Source of the DNA: Octopus vulgaris
Lineage: Eukaryota
Reading direction: 5' to 3'
NCBI GenBank assembly: GCA_951406725.2
Contig: OX597831.1
Location: 18,662,001-18,726,000, forward strand
DNA length: 64,000 nt
Below, one piece after another: positions 52,517-64,000 of this stretch (position 1 is its first letter; each line of letters begins with the position of its first letter). The notes under the pieces were generated by a model, which worked only from the letters and a program-made list of their open reading frames with translations, did no database searches and was not told where the DNA came from. Position numbers and translations under genes: made by a program.

Positions 52517-53265
52517 CTGAAAATAATTTACGAAGTGTGTGTGCACACACACACATATGTATATATACATATATATATGTAAGTGGTAGAGAGAGAGAGA
52601 GAGAGTGACAAATATGCATGGAGAAACGGAGAGAGACACGCATGCAATGTAGTTATACATCTAACGCAGACGCATGCACATACAAGAATGTGTGTTTATA
52701 TATATACTTGGTTTCTGATTTTGGTTGCAAGTTTCTTTATGTGGATTCGTGTGATAAAACGCATTTTGTTGTGCCAGGCAAAAGTCATTGCGCCAATATC
52801 AATAACTCACGCACTGGTGTGTTTCATAATTCATGCCCTTTATTTTATATAGGTGATTTCGTTAATGGTCCATCCAATCGATTGGATGTAGACCAATTTT
52901 ATTTTTGCCGTAAAAGAAAAGTCGTTCCATACCAGCCAGCGAAATAGATGCAGTGATCTTAGAATCGTTGACCCACAAACATTCAGTCCGGTATTAGAGA
53001 CTTCTTAATCATTCAGTAAATACTTGTTGTCTACCTTTTTTAGTCTTCGTACACAATTTATCATTTCATATATATGTGGGTGAGCTGACGTTGGGTAAAA
53101 AATTACAAGAAGATCAATCAAGTACACATTTCTTCAACATATTCAAACCTCAGAATAATGCAGGTCTTTCAATTTTTCTAAGCCCTGTAAAAGAATTCGA
53201 AGGCTTCGGCCTTCAAAGGGAATTGATGGTAACCTTAGAAACCCAGGAACATTCCACCACGTCCC

Positions 53266-53374
<109 letters not shown>

Positions 53375-53723
53375 CATATATATACATATAAATATATGTG
53401 TTTGCACGCGCGTCCCCGTATATCCGACTCTTAGATATCCGACTCTTTCATGAACTAGCTATAATTTTTAAAACTAGTAAAGTCAGGAACAAAAACAAAG
53501 CCGTATCGCATGAAGGATCGTTTTACATGGTCCCATCGGAGCTTCTTGCTCTTGGGATCTTCAGTCGCGAAGAAACTGCCATCACTATATTACAAAGTAA
53601 AAATGCATTGAATATTTTTTGTAACTGTTGAAATTGAGAAAACCCAATCATCAAGCATCCTATAAATTTAACAATACTCCTCTCGTCACGATAAGCGAAA
53701 TAAAAACAAGAACAAAAACTTAC

Positions 53724-53814
53724 TGCTTTACACGTTTTGATAATAAAGGACTTCAAGAAGTTTTTACAATTTTGGGATTTTCCTTCAACACATGCTAGGA
53801 ATTTTTCCTTGTCG
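53724..53814 (-). CDS. Gene B exon 3: (T)DKEKFLACVEGKSQNCKNFLKSFIIKTCKA
   Basis: ttctttcag acceptor, gtaagt donor, 91 nt phase 2->0 joining exon 2 in frame; supplies three more Cys. Confidence 0.85.
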
Positions 53815-54360
53815 CTGAAAGAATATTTTGATCAGAGAATGGTTTTAAACTGAAACATTTGTTCAATCTTTGCTTGTGGTTTTATTTCCTTCTTTTCTTT
53901 GTTTCATTCTTTGGATTTAACGAATTTAACTGAACGCATCTAATATAAAAGTTATTTGAATTCTTTTTTACGATACGCTAAGTTGCATTGGACATAAGAT
54001 TGCACGACATTTCTAGCGTGAGACAAATCTATCACACACTCATATACACATGGGCCTATGTATGTATATATGTATGATATACATACAAATATACATACAT
54101 ATATACATACATTCAGATACATATAAATAACTATACATATATATGTAGGTATCATCTATATATGTGTGTATGTGTCTATATATACATACGAGTATAATTT
54201 AGGTTAGATGAAGAGTTTGTAACATATTTCATCTGCTAAAAGAAAAATACGCTGCAGACACCGTGGAGAATAGATGCCTCTTATGGTTAAAAGTGTGTGA
54301 AAATAAACGGTTCGTTCAGTGTAGCCATTTATCATAAGTATTCTCTAATTTATATACATG

Positions 54361-54404
<44 letters not shown>

Positions 54405-54631
54405 CTCTTTACTATTTCTCTTTTACTCTTTTACTTGTTTCAGTCATTTTGACTGCGGCCATGCTGGAGCACCGCCTTTAGTCGAGCAAATCAACCCCGG
54501 GACTTATTCTTTGTAAGCCCAGTACTTATTCTATCGGTCTCTTTTTGCCGAACCGCTAAGTGACGGGGACGTAAACACACCAGCATCGGTTGTCAAGCAA
54601 TGCTAGGGGGACAAACACAGCAGACACACAA

Positions 54632-54685
<54 letters not shown>

Positions 54686-55542
54686 GACAGGCTTCTTTCA
54701 GTTTCCATCTACCAAATCCACTCACAAGGCATTGGTCGGCCCGGGGCTATAGCATAAGATAATTGCCCAAGATGCCACGCAGTGGGACTGAACCCGGAAC
54801 CATGTGGTTGGTTAGCAAGCTACTTACCACACAGCCACTCCTACGCCTATATATGTATTATTCTATTATATGCTTCAGCCTTGAGGCTGCGGCCATACTG
54901 TACTACTGTATTTCGGGACGGTCATCTTTTGTTTGCTTGCTAAATAAACACACGCACTATATATTCGTTCTTCGCTCCTTTATTACTGTTCATATTTTTC
55001 TCTTTTTATTTTAACTCATTTCCAATGTCCAGAAATCTGTCGTCCCACATCTTTTACCTCTTCAGCGACACTTTTCATTTTCGTGCCTGCCCTTGCTCCC
55101 ATAACTCTTTTCTGTTCTTCTAAGATGTGTATCCTTACGTGCGCATCTATTTGCGTCCGTGTTTGTGTGTGAGTTTGTGTGTGTGTATGCCAGTGGATAT
55201 TCATAAATTAATGCTAATAAAGAAACCTAGCACACCAACTCATAGCATCATCGCGGTCACGTGCACCACTCTGAATAATTTATCGCATATTTTTTTTTTA
55301 AATTTTTGGTTAAGTAAACGCCTGTTTGTACACTACTTTGTAATTGGTCACTGCGTTGTCGGATAGTCGAAGTCGTAGGCAGAGATTGCTTTACTATCCG
55401 TCGGATTGTCTGATTCTAGTTTAATGATAATATTTTTCATTTTAATTCTTGATCTTCTAGCTATATTCCTAACATCTTCAGTAACATTAGAACATAGTGC
55501 AATCGGTTTTTAAACTTGATAAAATAGTGGTCGCTCTCTGAA

Positions 55543-56782
55543 GTATTCCCTTAGGAAATTGCATTTTTGTGTGAGTAATCTACTTAAAATAATATTTATG
55601 AAAACACTAACGGCATATCGAAACAGAGTGGTACCTGCATAAAATTATACGCAATTTCATACAATGAATGAGCCAAAGGTTCATTGCTTTTGTACAAATC
55701 GCTACGTCCTTAAATTCCCGCTCAAGCAAATGTCAGACCACATATTTGAATGAATCTCCTGTACCAGTATAGATATGCTGCATGGTTATTGTCTTATATA
55801 CATACATATATAAAGTATATGTACACAGGTTTGCCAAAAGTAAACAGATACTCCATAAAATATCTCTCAACGTTTATTCTAACTTGCACAGGTTTATAGT
55901 TTCTATTAATGGACATTTGTTTTTCAGGTTCCATATGTGACTGTTTAAACCTTCCATGTAAAAACAAGTCTTGGAAGTATATGAATTTCAAAGAGGCCGT
56001 GGAAATCGTCAGCGCAAAATCGCAGAAAAGCATGGGATCGAGATTTCTACATTTAATAGAATGAAAGTGCAATTTAGTAGAGAAGGAACAGAGTCCACGT
56101 CACCTGGCCCATATCAGTCAGAGCCATCTGACAGGATCTTCTCTTTGTTAAGAAAAGTGTGGTAGATAATCCTTGTATTCCCTTAGGAAATTGCATTTTT
56201 GTGTGAGTAATCTACTTAAAATAATATTTATGAAAACACTAACGGCATATCGAAACAGAGTGGTACCTGCATAAAATTATACGCAATTTCATACAATGAA
56301 TGAGCCAAAGGTTCATTGCTTTTGTACAAATCGCTACGTCCTTAAATTCCCGCTCAAGCAAATGTCAGACCACATATTTGAATGAATCTCCTGTACAGTA
56401 TAGATATGCTGCATGGTTATTGTCTTATATACATACATATATAAAGTATATGTACACAGGTTTCTAAACAGATACTCCAAAAATATCTCTCAACGTTTAT
56501 TCTAACTTGCACAGGTTTATAGTTTCTATTAAGGGACATTTGTTTTTCAGGTTCCATATGTGACCGTTTAAACCTTCCATGTAAAAACAAGTCTTGGAAG
56601 TATATGAATTTCAAAGAGGCCGTGGAAATCGCAGAAAAGCATGGGATCGAGATTTCTACATTTAATAGAATGAAAGTGCAATTTAGTAGAGAAGGAACAG
56701 AGTCCACGTCACCTGGCCCATATCAGTCAGAGCCATCTGACAGGATCTTCTCTTTGTTAAGAAAAGTGTGGTAGATAATCCT
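55543..56782. repeat. Tandem direct duplication (55543-56173 / 56175-56782)
   Basis: Near-identical copies differing by small deletions in the second. Confidence 0.93.
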
Positions 56783-57620
56783 CGTTGCATGGCATCTGAC
56801 ATAACAGAAGAAGTAGGTGTCAGTCCCAGAACAGCTGCCAAGTGTTTTCACAAACTTGGCTACAATGGCAGAGCAGCGAGAAGGAAGACTCTACTTCGAC
56901 CAACCAGCATCAAGTGGAGAAAAGATTGGGTCAGTGATATGGTGGAGAGGCCACAAGCACTTTGCGACACAATTGTATTCTGTGATGATCCCAGGTTTGC
57001 TGTATTTCCTGACAGTGGTCGGGTGTGGGTCTGGAGACTCTGTGAACAAGAATTTGGTGTGAAAAGATTGCAACCAACAATGAAACACCGCAGTTATTCT
57101 ATGATGGTATGGGAAGCAATTTGAGCAATTGACAAAAAGAGCGGGTGGAATGTGAAGAAAACATAAACTCAGATAAATATGTTTCCAAACTGCAGAAAGG
57201 ACACCTTCCAATCTTCGCCAGTGATGAAATCATTAAAGAAGACAGACTCTTTCTTCATGGAAGATGGGGCTTCTTGTCACACAGCTAAAATGACCCAAGC
57301 TTTGTTGGATAACAATATCAAGAAGCTTCCAAGGCCAAGCCAGTCACCAGATATGAACCCTATTAAACACCTCAGAGACATAAGGGAAAGGACGTTACAC
57401 AACAAACACCGGAAAGCATCCTCTAAGCCAGACCGTTTGAGTCAAGACCAGGAAACTTGGCAAGAAATTCCGCAAGAATATATTCGTCATCTGATCAGTA
57501 ACACACCTAATAGGGTCCTTGCATTGAAAAATACAAACCTGATGTCTACTAAATATTGAATATTATAACATTAATTAATTTGAATATTTTCAGATTTAAA
57601 TAAACTCTAACGATTATACG
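56175..57620 (+). mobile_element. Decayed Tc1-like transposon
   Basis: GRAARRK, IVFCDD, GRVWVWR, MMVWEAI, FMEDGASCH, SQSPDMNPIKHL; termini not resolved. Confidence 0.88.
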
Positions 57621-57645
57621 GGTGTATATTTAGTTCTGTCATGTT

Positions 57646-57713
<68 letters not shown>

Positions 57714-59079
57714 TATATTCATACTTACATACACATATGCATATATACATACATACATACATACATACATACATACATACATACGTACATACATATGAAG
57801 TATATGCCGTATGGCTATTGTCTTTTACATATATATAAAGTAAAGGTAAAGTTATCTTCTTGAGTCACACCGATTCATTAGGGATGGTATCCATGTTTCA
57901 TGGCGTACAAATTCCCCACCTTGAGAGGACGATAATCCATCTGAGGATTATTCATTTTTGCAAGCTGAGTGAACTGGAGAAGCATGAAATGAAATGTTTT
58001 GCCCGGTCGACAACACACACACACACAATCACACAATCATATACGCACGGGCCTCCGGTGCTGCGTGCGCGATCGCTAGATCGTGGTTTCGTTCTTCAGG
58101 CATAACACTTCATTTCATGTTGTTCTACGATCGTTCCGATACTTGACCTGTGACACGTGTACAGACAAAGTCGATTGGATGGAAGGACTGAGCTAATATG
58201 CAGAGGCACATACATTTAATCTCTACAGACACATCGTTTGTGCAGGTCAGTCAGCGAAAGTGTCGATCAGTGAATTCATCATGTATGTATGCATAGTTAC
58301 ATATACGTGTATGTGCGTGCATGGTCAATGAACGTTTAATGTTTTGCAGAAAGACCTGCACAAATGAATTGGTTGTAGTGATTAAATGTTTGTGTTGTAG
58401 ATTAGTTTGCTCCCTGCACCAACTCCAATTTGTATGAATAGGTGTACGATGAATCACACATTAGTTCTTGAAGTGATCGCAGTGTAACCAGGATTTCTCG
58501 CAATAGTTTAAGCCAGAAATTAGATAAATAGATAGATGTCTATGCGTTATTTTGTGTATTTAATAAATGGTATTGGACAAATATTTATATATTGGTTTCA
58601 AATTTTGCTACAAAGCCAGCAATTTCGGCGGAGTGGCTTACTCGATTACATCGACACCAGCTGTATTCTGGTGTTTATATTATCAACCGGACTGGATAAA
58701 AAACAAAGTAGATGTCGTCGGTATTTGAACTCGGAACGTAAATACGGACAAAATGTCACTAAGCTTTTACCCGGCTTGCAAAGTATTCGGCCATTTCACT
58801 GCTTTAAATATTAATTGTATATAATAATATACGTAAGATAATATATACACGCAGGAAGGCGGTGAGCTGGCAGAACCGTTAGCACACCGGAAGAAATGCT
58901 TAGCGGTATTTCGTCTGTTTTTACATTCTATGTTCAAATTCGACCGATGTCGATTTTGCATTTCAACCTTTCGGGGACTATATATTAGGTACCACTTGCG
59001 TACTGGGACGATGTAATGAACTGGCCCTCTCCCTCAAAATGTCGGGCTTTGAGCGTAGATTAGAATAAAATATATATAC

Positions 59080-59179
59080 GTGCAGAATTCCTCTTGCCAC
59101 GTAGTGCCCTTTGCAGCATTAAGAGTCGGAGAGCAATGTTTTTCTGCCAGTGCACTGCAATTTTCTGCTAGGGCCTCAC
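59080..59179 (-). CDS. Gene B exon 2: GEALAENCSALAEKHCSPTLNAAKGTTWQEEFC
   Basis: ttgcag acceptor, gtatat donor, 100 nt phase 1->2; ALA completes the signal peptide; paralogous to 30852-30945. Confidence 0.88.
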
Positions 59180-62100
59180 CTGCAATTTCGAGATATAAGA
59201 TTAAATATCATTTAACGTCGTTAAATCATTGAACATTTATACAGGAAATTCAGCGTAGACTCTAATGTTTCGTTGTATGTTCGACTCATTTCATGCCAGG
59301 AAACATTAGTGTACATTCCGTCCTTTACGTAAGATCAATATCTGCATTACAGCAATCTGTGAGATTTCCATTGAGTGTCAACTTAGCTTCTTTTGATTCA
59401 TATTCTTAGAAATGTTTACTAATGAAAGCAGATGACACTGAATGTCGATCCAGGCACGGGCGAAGAACGGGCGATACGTTGCTTGCTTCCTAGCCATATG
59501 GTTCCAGCCTCAATCAAACGGCGTGGTATCATGGGCCCGTGCCTTTCATAATTATCTCTGATCAACCCTAGATTTGTGAGTGGAATTAGTCGTCAGAAAC
59601 CGAAACTCATCATCATCATCATTATATGCGTGAGTGTGTCTCTGTGACTGTATGTCTGTGAGTATGCTATTGAGCCTGTGTTTGCCCCCTATCGCCACTT
59701 GACAAATGAATCTTCGTGGTTCAGGAAATGAACCAACTGAATAAAAGACGGGCTTTTAAAGAAAACTGTACGATTCTCAATTTCTTCGTCTACACCTCAC
59801 AAAGCGTTGCTTCAACAATAACTGAAAACAATTAAAAGTTACATGGAGAAGATATTTTACTTTCTTAATCGTTTCCTTTCCGATTTCACATGTTGCATTT
59901 TGCCCTTTTGTCTGTTTAGTAGGGGCGGATGCCGCTTTTTATTTCTTGCTTTCTGAAAATCTGTGCTAAATTGGTTTCGATTACATAACTTAATAATCCT
60001 TAACAGCGACAAAAGTATTTCAACCATAATTTTCGATTTTTATCCAAAAAATATCTCAGTAAACAACAAATAGAAATTCAAAAGCAAATTGAATACATGA
60101 AACTATATGTCAAATTTCACGTTGAATTTATTAATTGTTCTCATTAGGCCGTGGGCTGGCAGAATTTTTAACAGTTTTGGCAAATGTCTTAGCGGCATAT
60201 CGTTCTTTTTTACGTTGTAAGTTCATATACAGCAGTGATTGACCTTGCAGTTCATCCTTTCGAGACCGATAAAATAAGTACCAGTTGAGTAAAGTCGTCC
60301 ATGTATTCAAGTTATCTCCTTCCTCGAAATTGTTAACGTTGTCCCAGAATTTGAAATTATTATTTGTTATGTAAACACTGAAAACGAAAACTTTCATTAA
60401 GATGTGTGTCCTAAAAAAGCTAGAATATTGTAAAGCAACCGAGCAAAACATAATTTATAAGCATTTAAGCAGTCTGTGCCTCATATTTCTGTAAACCTTT
60501 TTCAGAAGTAGTTAAACCATATGTCATTCTCTTTAGTGCGTTACCAGAATACCAAACTCGAAATAAACCTATTATTTGTTTGCCATCCATTGAGCTTAAT
60601 TCACGAACCACTTTACTGAATTTACGACGTAATGAATCCATCAACTACGCATCAATAACAATAGCAATAGAAACAATGTTTAGATTTTCAGGAGTTGAAA
60701 CATACTACAACGGTAATATATCAGTAATATGCGGTAATAGTCACACTATTAATTACTGCCATTATTTTGTATTAAGAATTGGAAAAGCTTTTAGCGATAT
60801 TGTAATGCAGAGCACGAGTATAAATTCATTAACGGTTATAAATAAATGATCTTCGATTAGGTGAAATCGCCTATATTGTATTTCCTATATTGCATTATAC
60901 AGAGTGTGCTCGACCAAACAGTAAGCAATATAAACAGATTCTGGGCTGGAACATTATCTAGAAACCTTTAATGATTTTAATGCCTTTCTCAACATTAAAA
61001 TACTAAACTTTACAAAATTTCATCACACGGATATATTTACATTAGCTAACTAAATATGGACTTCGTAAGCATGTCCTTTTCCAGAACGGACTTACTCCGT
61101 AGAACACATTCTCAGTGGTTGCTTGTCCGTTTTTCAATTTTCATTACATATCCTTCTCAATTCCTTAATTTTTTTCCCTAACACACATTCCATATATTTT
61201 CATAATCTTTCCGTCTGTATTCTCTTATCCCCATTCATGCTTTTTATTTTCCCCTTTTGGTTGACTCGTTTCGTTTATGCAAATTACTCACTCCCTTCCA
61301 TACCATACTGCATTCTAACACAATTAACGTTATGGTCTTAAAATCGTACGAATTCCTTTAATCCTTACCAACAACATAAAAAGCTCTCTGAATCACTGAG
61401 TACTAAGACAATGTTGATAACATTTCGCTACAGCGACTCTATTTACCAGAAAAGCTTTGTTTCTTTTCAGACCAAAAATATCGCAAGACTTTACATAAAG
61501 GGATAGATCAAAAGGGAATATAGCTGAGCGACAAAGAATTATGACGCTTGTATCATACTTAAACGTAATCACTATAACAAGAAGAAATTTGCCTTACGCT
61601 TTTGGTACTCTCATGTATAAAATCTAGACATTAGATTTCATCTAATGTCTAGCTTCAATACTTCAGTCCTTACTCAGCCAGGTCCAGTTAATAAAGAAAA
61701 ATTATCAGGATGCGTTTTGATCTGGTAACTTACACAAATGTTAATAATGTTCATATGAATAATTGCATTGGGTTCAGAATAAAATAGATTTTATCATTTC
61801 ACCTCTTTCGCTGGTTATATAAAACTCAATACACACATTTATATACAAATTTAATCACTCACACACGTCCGTTCTATATATAAACATACTTATTCAAAGG
61901 TATATAAGTATGTAGGTATTGCTATGTAGACAACCACCACACATTCAGACCCAATACATTCATCAATTCTCACTAACGCATCTATAAAGATAGAGCAGAT
62001 AAATATAAACACACTTCATGATTTCTAGAATTTATTCGGTACATGAAAAGATGTGTAGACGGTTAATCTGTCACAGACAGACCGTGAGACACAGACGCAA

Positions 62101-62203
62101 AAAGACAGTGAGGTGGCACACGGTTTATATATGATACACAAACCAAAATGCGGTATATTCATGAAGAACAAACGAAGTAATTAGATCTATCACAACCACT
62201 TAC

Positions 62204-62240
62204 CAGAAACGAGAAGGAACATCAATACAACAAATGCCAT
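62204..62240 (-). CDS. Gene B exon 1, signal peptide MAFVVLMFLLVS(G)
   Basis: ATG with in-frame upstream TAA, 37 nt, CTG|gtaagt donor. Confidence 0.85.
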
Positions 62241-62391
62241 CAAAGTTGTTTCGTGTTAAACACTAACTGTAATGGTCTCCTACTTGTAATCTCTCAATAT
62301 AAATGGAATAACTTGCAACGTGTTCTAACTATTTATCGTTAAACATACACCTAAGTTATGAATGTGATTTACAATGCTCGTCCTTTTAAAG

Positions 62392-62511
62392 TTTATTATT
62401 ATTGTTGTTGTTGCTATTATTATTATTATTACTATTATTATTATTACTATTATTATTATTATTATTATTATTACTATTATTATTATAATCATTATTATTA
62501 TTATTATTATT
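62392..62511. repeat. (TTA)n/(TAA)n microsatellite at the 3' junction of the RLE LINE
   Basis: Direct trinucleotide run. Confidence 0.95.
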
Positions 62512-62738
62512 CTATGTTTGACTTTTGCTTTATATTTGTACAAGTTGGCTCCAAGTCTCACCCAGAGACCTCAAGAGACAACAGGGTTGGAAGTTCATGT
62601 TGTTGTTATGCCTAGTGTGCCATATATTTGGGGGGTGGGGATGTTGTACTAATGAATGTCTAAAAAGAAAAGAAAAAAAAGGTTTTTTTTTTTTTTTTTT
62701 TTTTAAACCGAAAATTATGTTTGTTTTAAACCTTGAGA

Positions 62739-63998
62739 TTACATAGAGAGTATTTTGCGTAGGATATGAGCAGTTCCCATGAGCACTATCTTTTGAACTT
62801 CTGCCATTTTTGGGTTTCCTGGTATCTGAGTTAGGTAGCTATCAGCCCCTTTTGCTATCATTCCCAGGGCACCTATGACAACAGGTATTGTTTTAGTCTT
62901 CAGCTTCCACATTTTGCTGATTTCTATTTCAAGATCTTTATATTTGCTCAGTTTTTGGTAGGTCTTGACAGATACGTTTATATCGATTGGGACAGTCATA
63001 TCAATGAGGAGGCATGTTCTTTGTTTGAAGTTTTTCAATATGATGTCTGGCCTATTTGCATCTATCTTCCTGTCAGTTTGAATGGTGAAGTTCCAGAGGA
63101 GTGAGATGTGGTCATTTTCAAGCACTGGGGGTGGTTTGTGTTCCCACCAGTTTTTTTCATGGGGCAAATCCAGGTTTTTACAGATTACCCAGTGAATATA
63201 TTGTGCAGCTCTATCGTGCCTGTTGAGATACTCTGTAGGCGCTAGAAGACTGCACTTGGAGACCACATGGTCAATGGTTTCATTTTGTTGCTTGCATACA
63301 CGACACGTTGGACTGCTTCTGATCTTTAATATGTTGGCCTGGTAGTTTCTTGTTGGTAGGCATTGATCTTGAGCTGCTATGATAAACCCCTCTGTTTCAG
63401 ATTTTAAGCCAGAGGCCATTAGCCATTGATGGGTCAGGGCTTTGTCGATATCTGCATTATTTGCTCTCTTTGGGTATTTGCCATAGAGAGGTTTTTCTTG
63501 CCATTTATTATTCAGAATATCTAAGGCCGCAGTTTTGGCACGGGTTTTCATGCGCCTAGCTTTTTCTGTGCTTGTTTCTTGTATATCTATCTCCGAAATT
63601 GGTTGTATTCGGAATTCACTTAGATATTCCTTTGCCTGTTTTGTGACTGAGTATGATGCTTTCTTGTTTTCATGTTTTGAGACAAGTTTTAGCATCCAGT
63701 CCTCAGAGTTTTTCAGGTAGGTGTCTAGGCCAATTGTAGCAATCTTCATTGTTATTGCCAGTTGCAAAAGACCACGGCCTCCCTCTTTTCTTGGCAGATA
63801 GAGTCGTTCTGTATCTGCCTTAGGGTGGTGCATTCTATGCATTGTCAACAGTTTCCTTATTTTTCTGTCGAGCTGACATATTTCAGTAATTGACCAGTTA
63901 ACAATATTGAAACTGTAAGTCACGACTGGTATAGCTAATGCATTGATTGCTTCGATCCTGTTTCTTGCATTCAGCTCTGTCTTGAGTATTGCTCTCAC
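62739..63998 (-). CDS. C-terminal part of R4/Dong-like non-LTR retrotransposon ORF (RT thumb, CCHC, restriction-like endonuclease); runs off window
   Basis: Uninterrupted 419 aa: RLYLPRKEGGRGL, CRVCKQQNETIDHVVSKC, RHD, NRPDI, IDMTVP, KLSKY, PVVIGALG. Confidence 0.93.
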   Translation of the reverse strand: MRAILKTELNARNRIEAINALAIPVVTYSFNIVNWSITEICQLDRKIRKLLTMHRMHHPKADTERLYLPRKEGGRGLLQLAITMKIATIGLDTYLKNSEDWMLKLVSKHENKKASYSVTKQAKEYLSEFRIQPISEIDIQETSTEKARRMKTRAKTAALDILNNKWQEKPLYGKYPKRANNADIDKALTHQWLMASGLKSETEGFIIAAQDQCLPTRNYQANILKIRSSPTCRVCKQQNETIDHVVSKCSLLAPTEYLNRHDRAAQYIHWVICKNLDLPHEKNWWEHKPPPVLENDHISLLWNFTIQTDRKIDANRPDIILKNFKQRTCLLIDMTVPIDINVSVKTYQKLSKYKDLEIEISKMWKLKTKTIPVVIGALGMIAKGADSYLTQIPGNPKMAEVQKIVLMGTAHILRKILSM

Positions 63999-64000
63999 TC

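Noticed and set aside
61598-61623. 26-nt micro-exon candidates (also 30142-30167 and 17-nt 34902-34918)
   Set aside because: Phase 1->0 is incompatible with the better supported exon chain.
61624-61652. Perfect 13-bp hairpin ctagacattagat-ttc-atctaatgtctag
   Set aside because: Isolated, with no second copy or functional context.

Overview
AT-rich eukaryotic genomic DNA full of (AT)n/(AC)n/(AGAT)n microsatellites and tRNA-derived SINEs; the repeat content looks like Octopus/cephalopod (inference). Recognisable mobile elements: three CR1/Jockey-type APE-RT LINEs (one nested in a Tc1 element), an R4/Dong-type RLE LINE beside a (TAA)n tract, an RTE remnant, mariner, Tc1 and Tigger copies, and Helitron-like elements. 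Two things are invisible in the ORF track. (1) A ~620-bp tandem array (24.8-28.2 kb, plus an inverted partial copy) carries one type I hammerhead ribozyme fold per unit, a retrozyme/Penelope-pLTR-like architecture, and at least four other hammerhead-like motifs lie elsewhere in the window. (2) A minus-strand tandem family of multi-exon genes encodes a signal peptide, a Cys-rich domain and short repeated exons with KR/RR processing sites (gene B 62240->~40.1 kb, gene A 35541->~15.7 kb, and part of a third unit near 9.1 kb), resembling a secreted peptide precursor. Gene models and RNA folds were built by eye from splice signals, phase and paralog comparison; none is experimentally or computationally confirmed.
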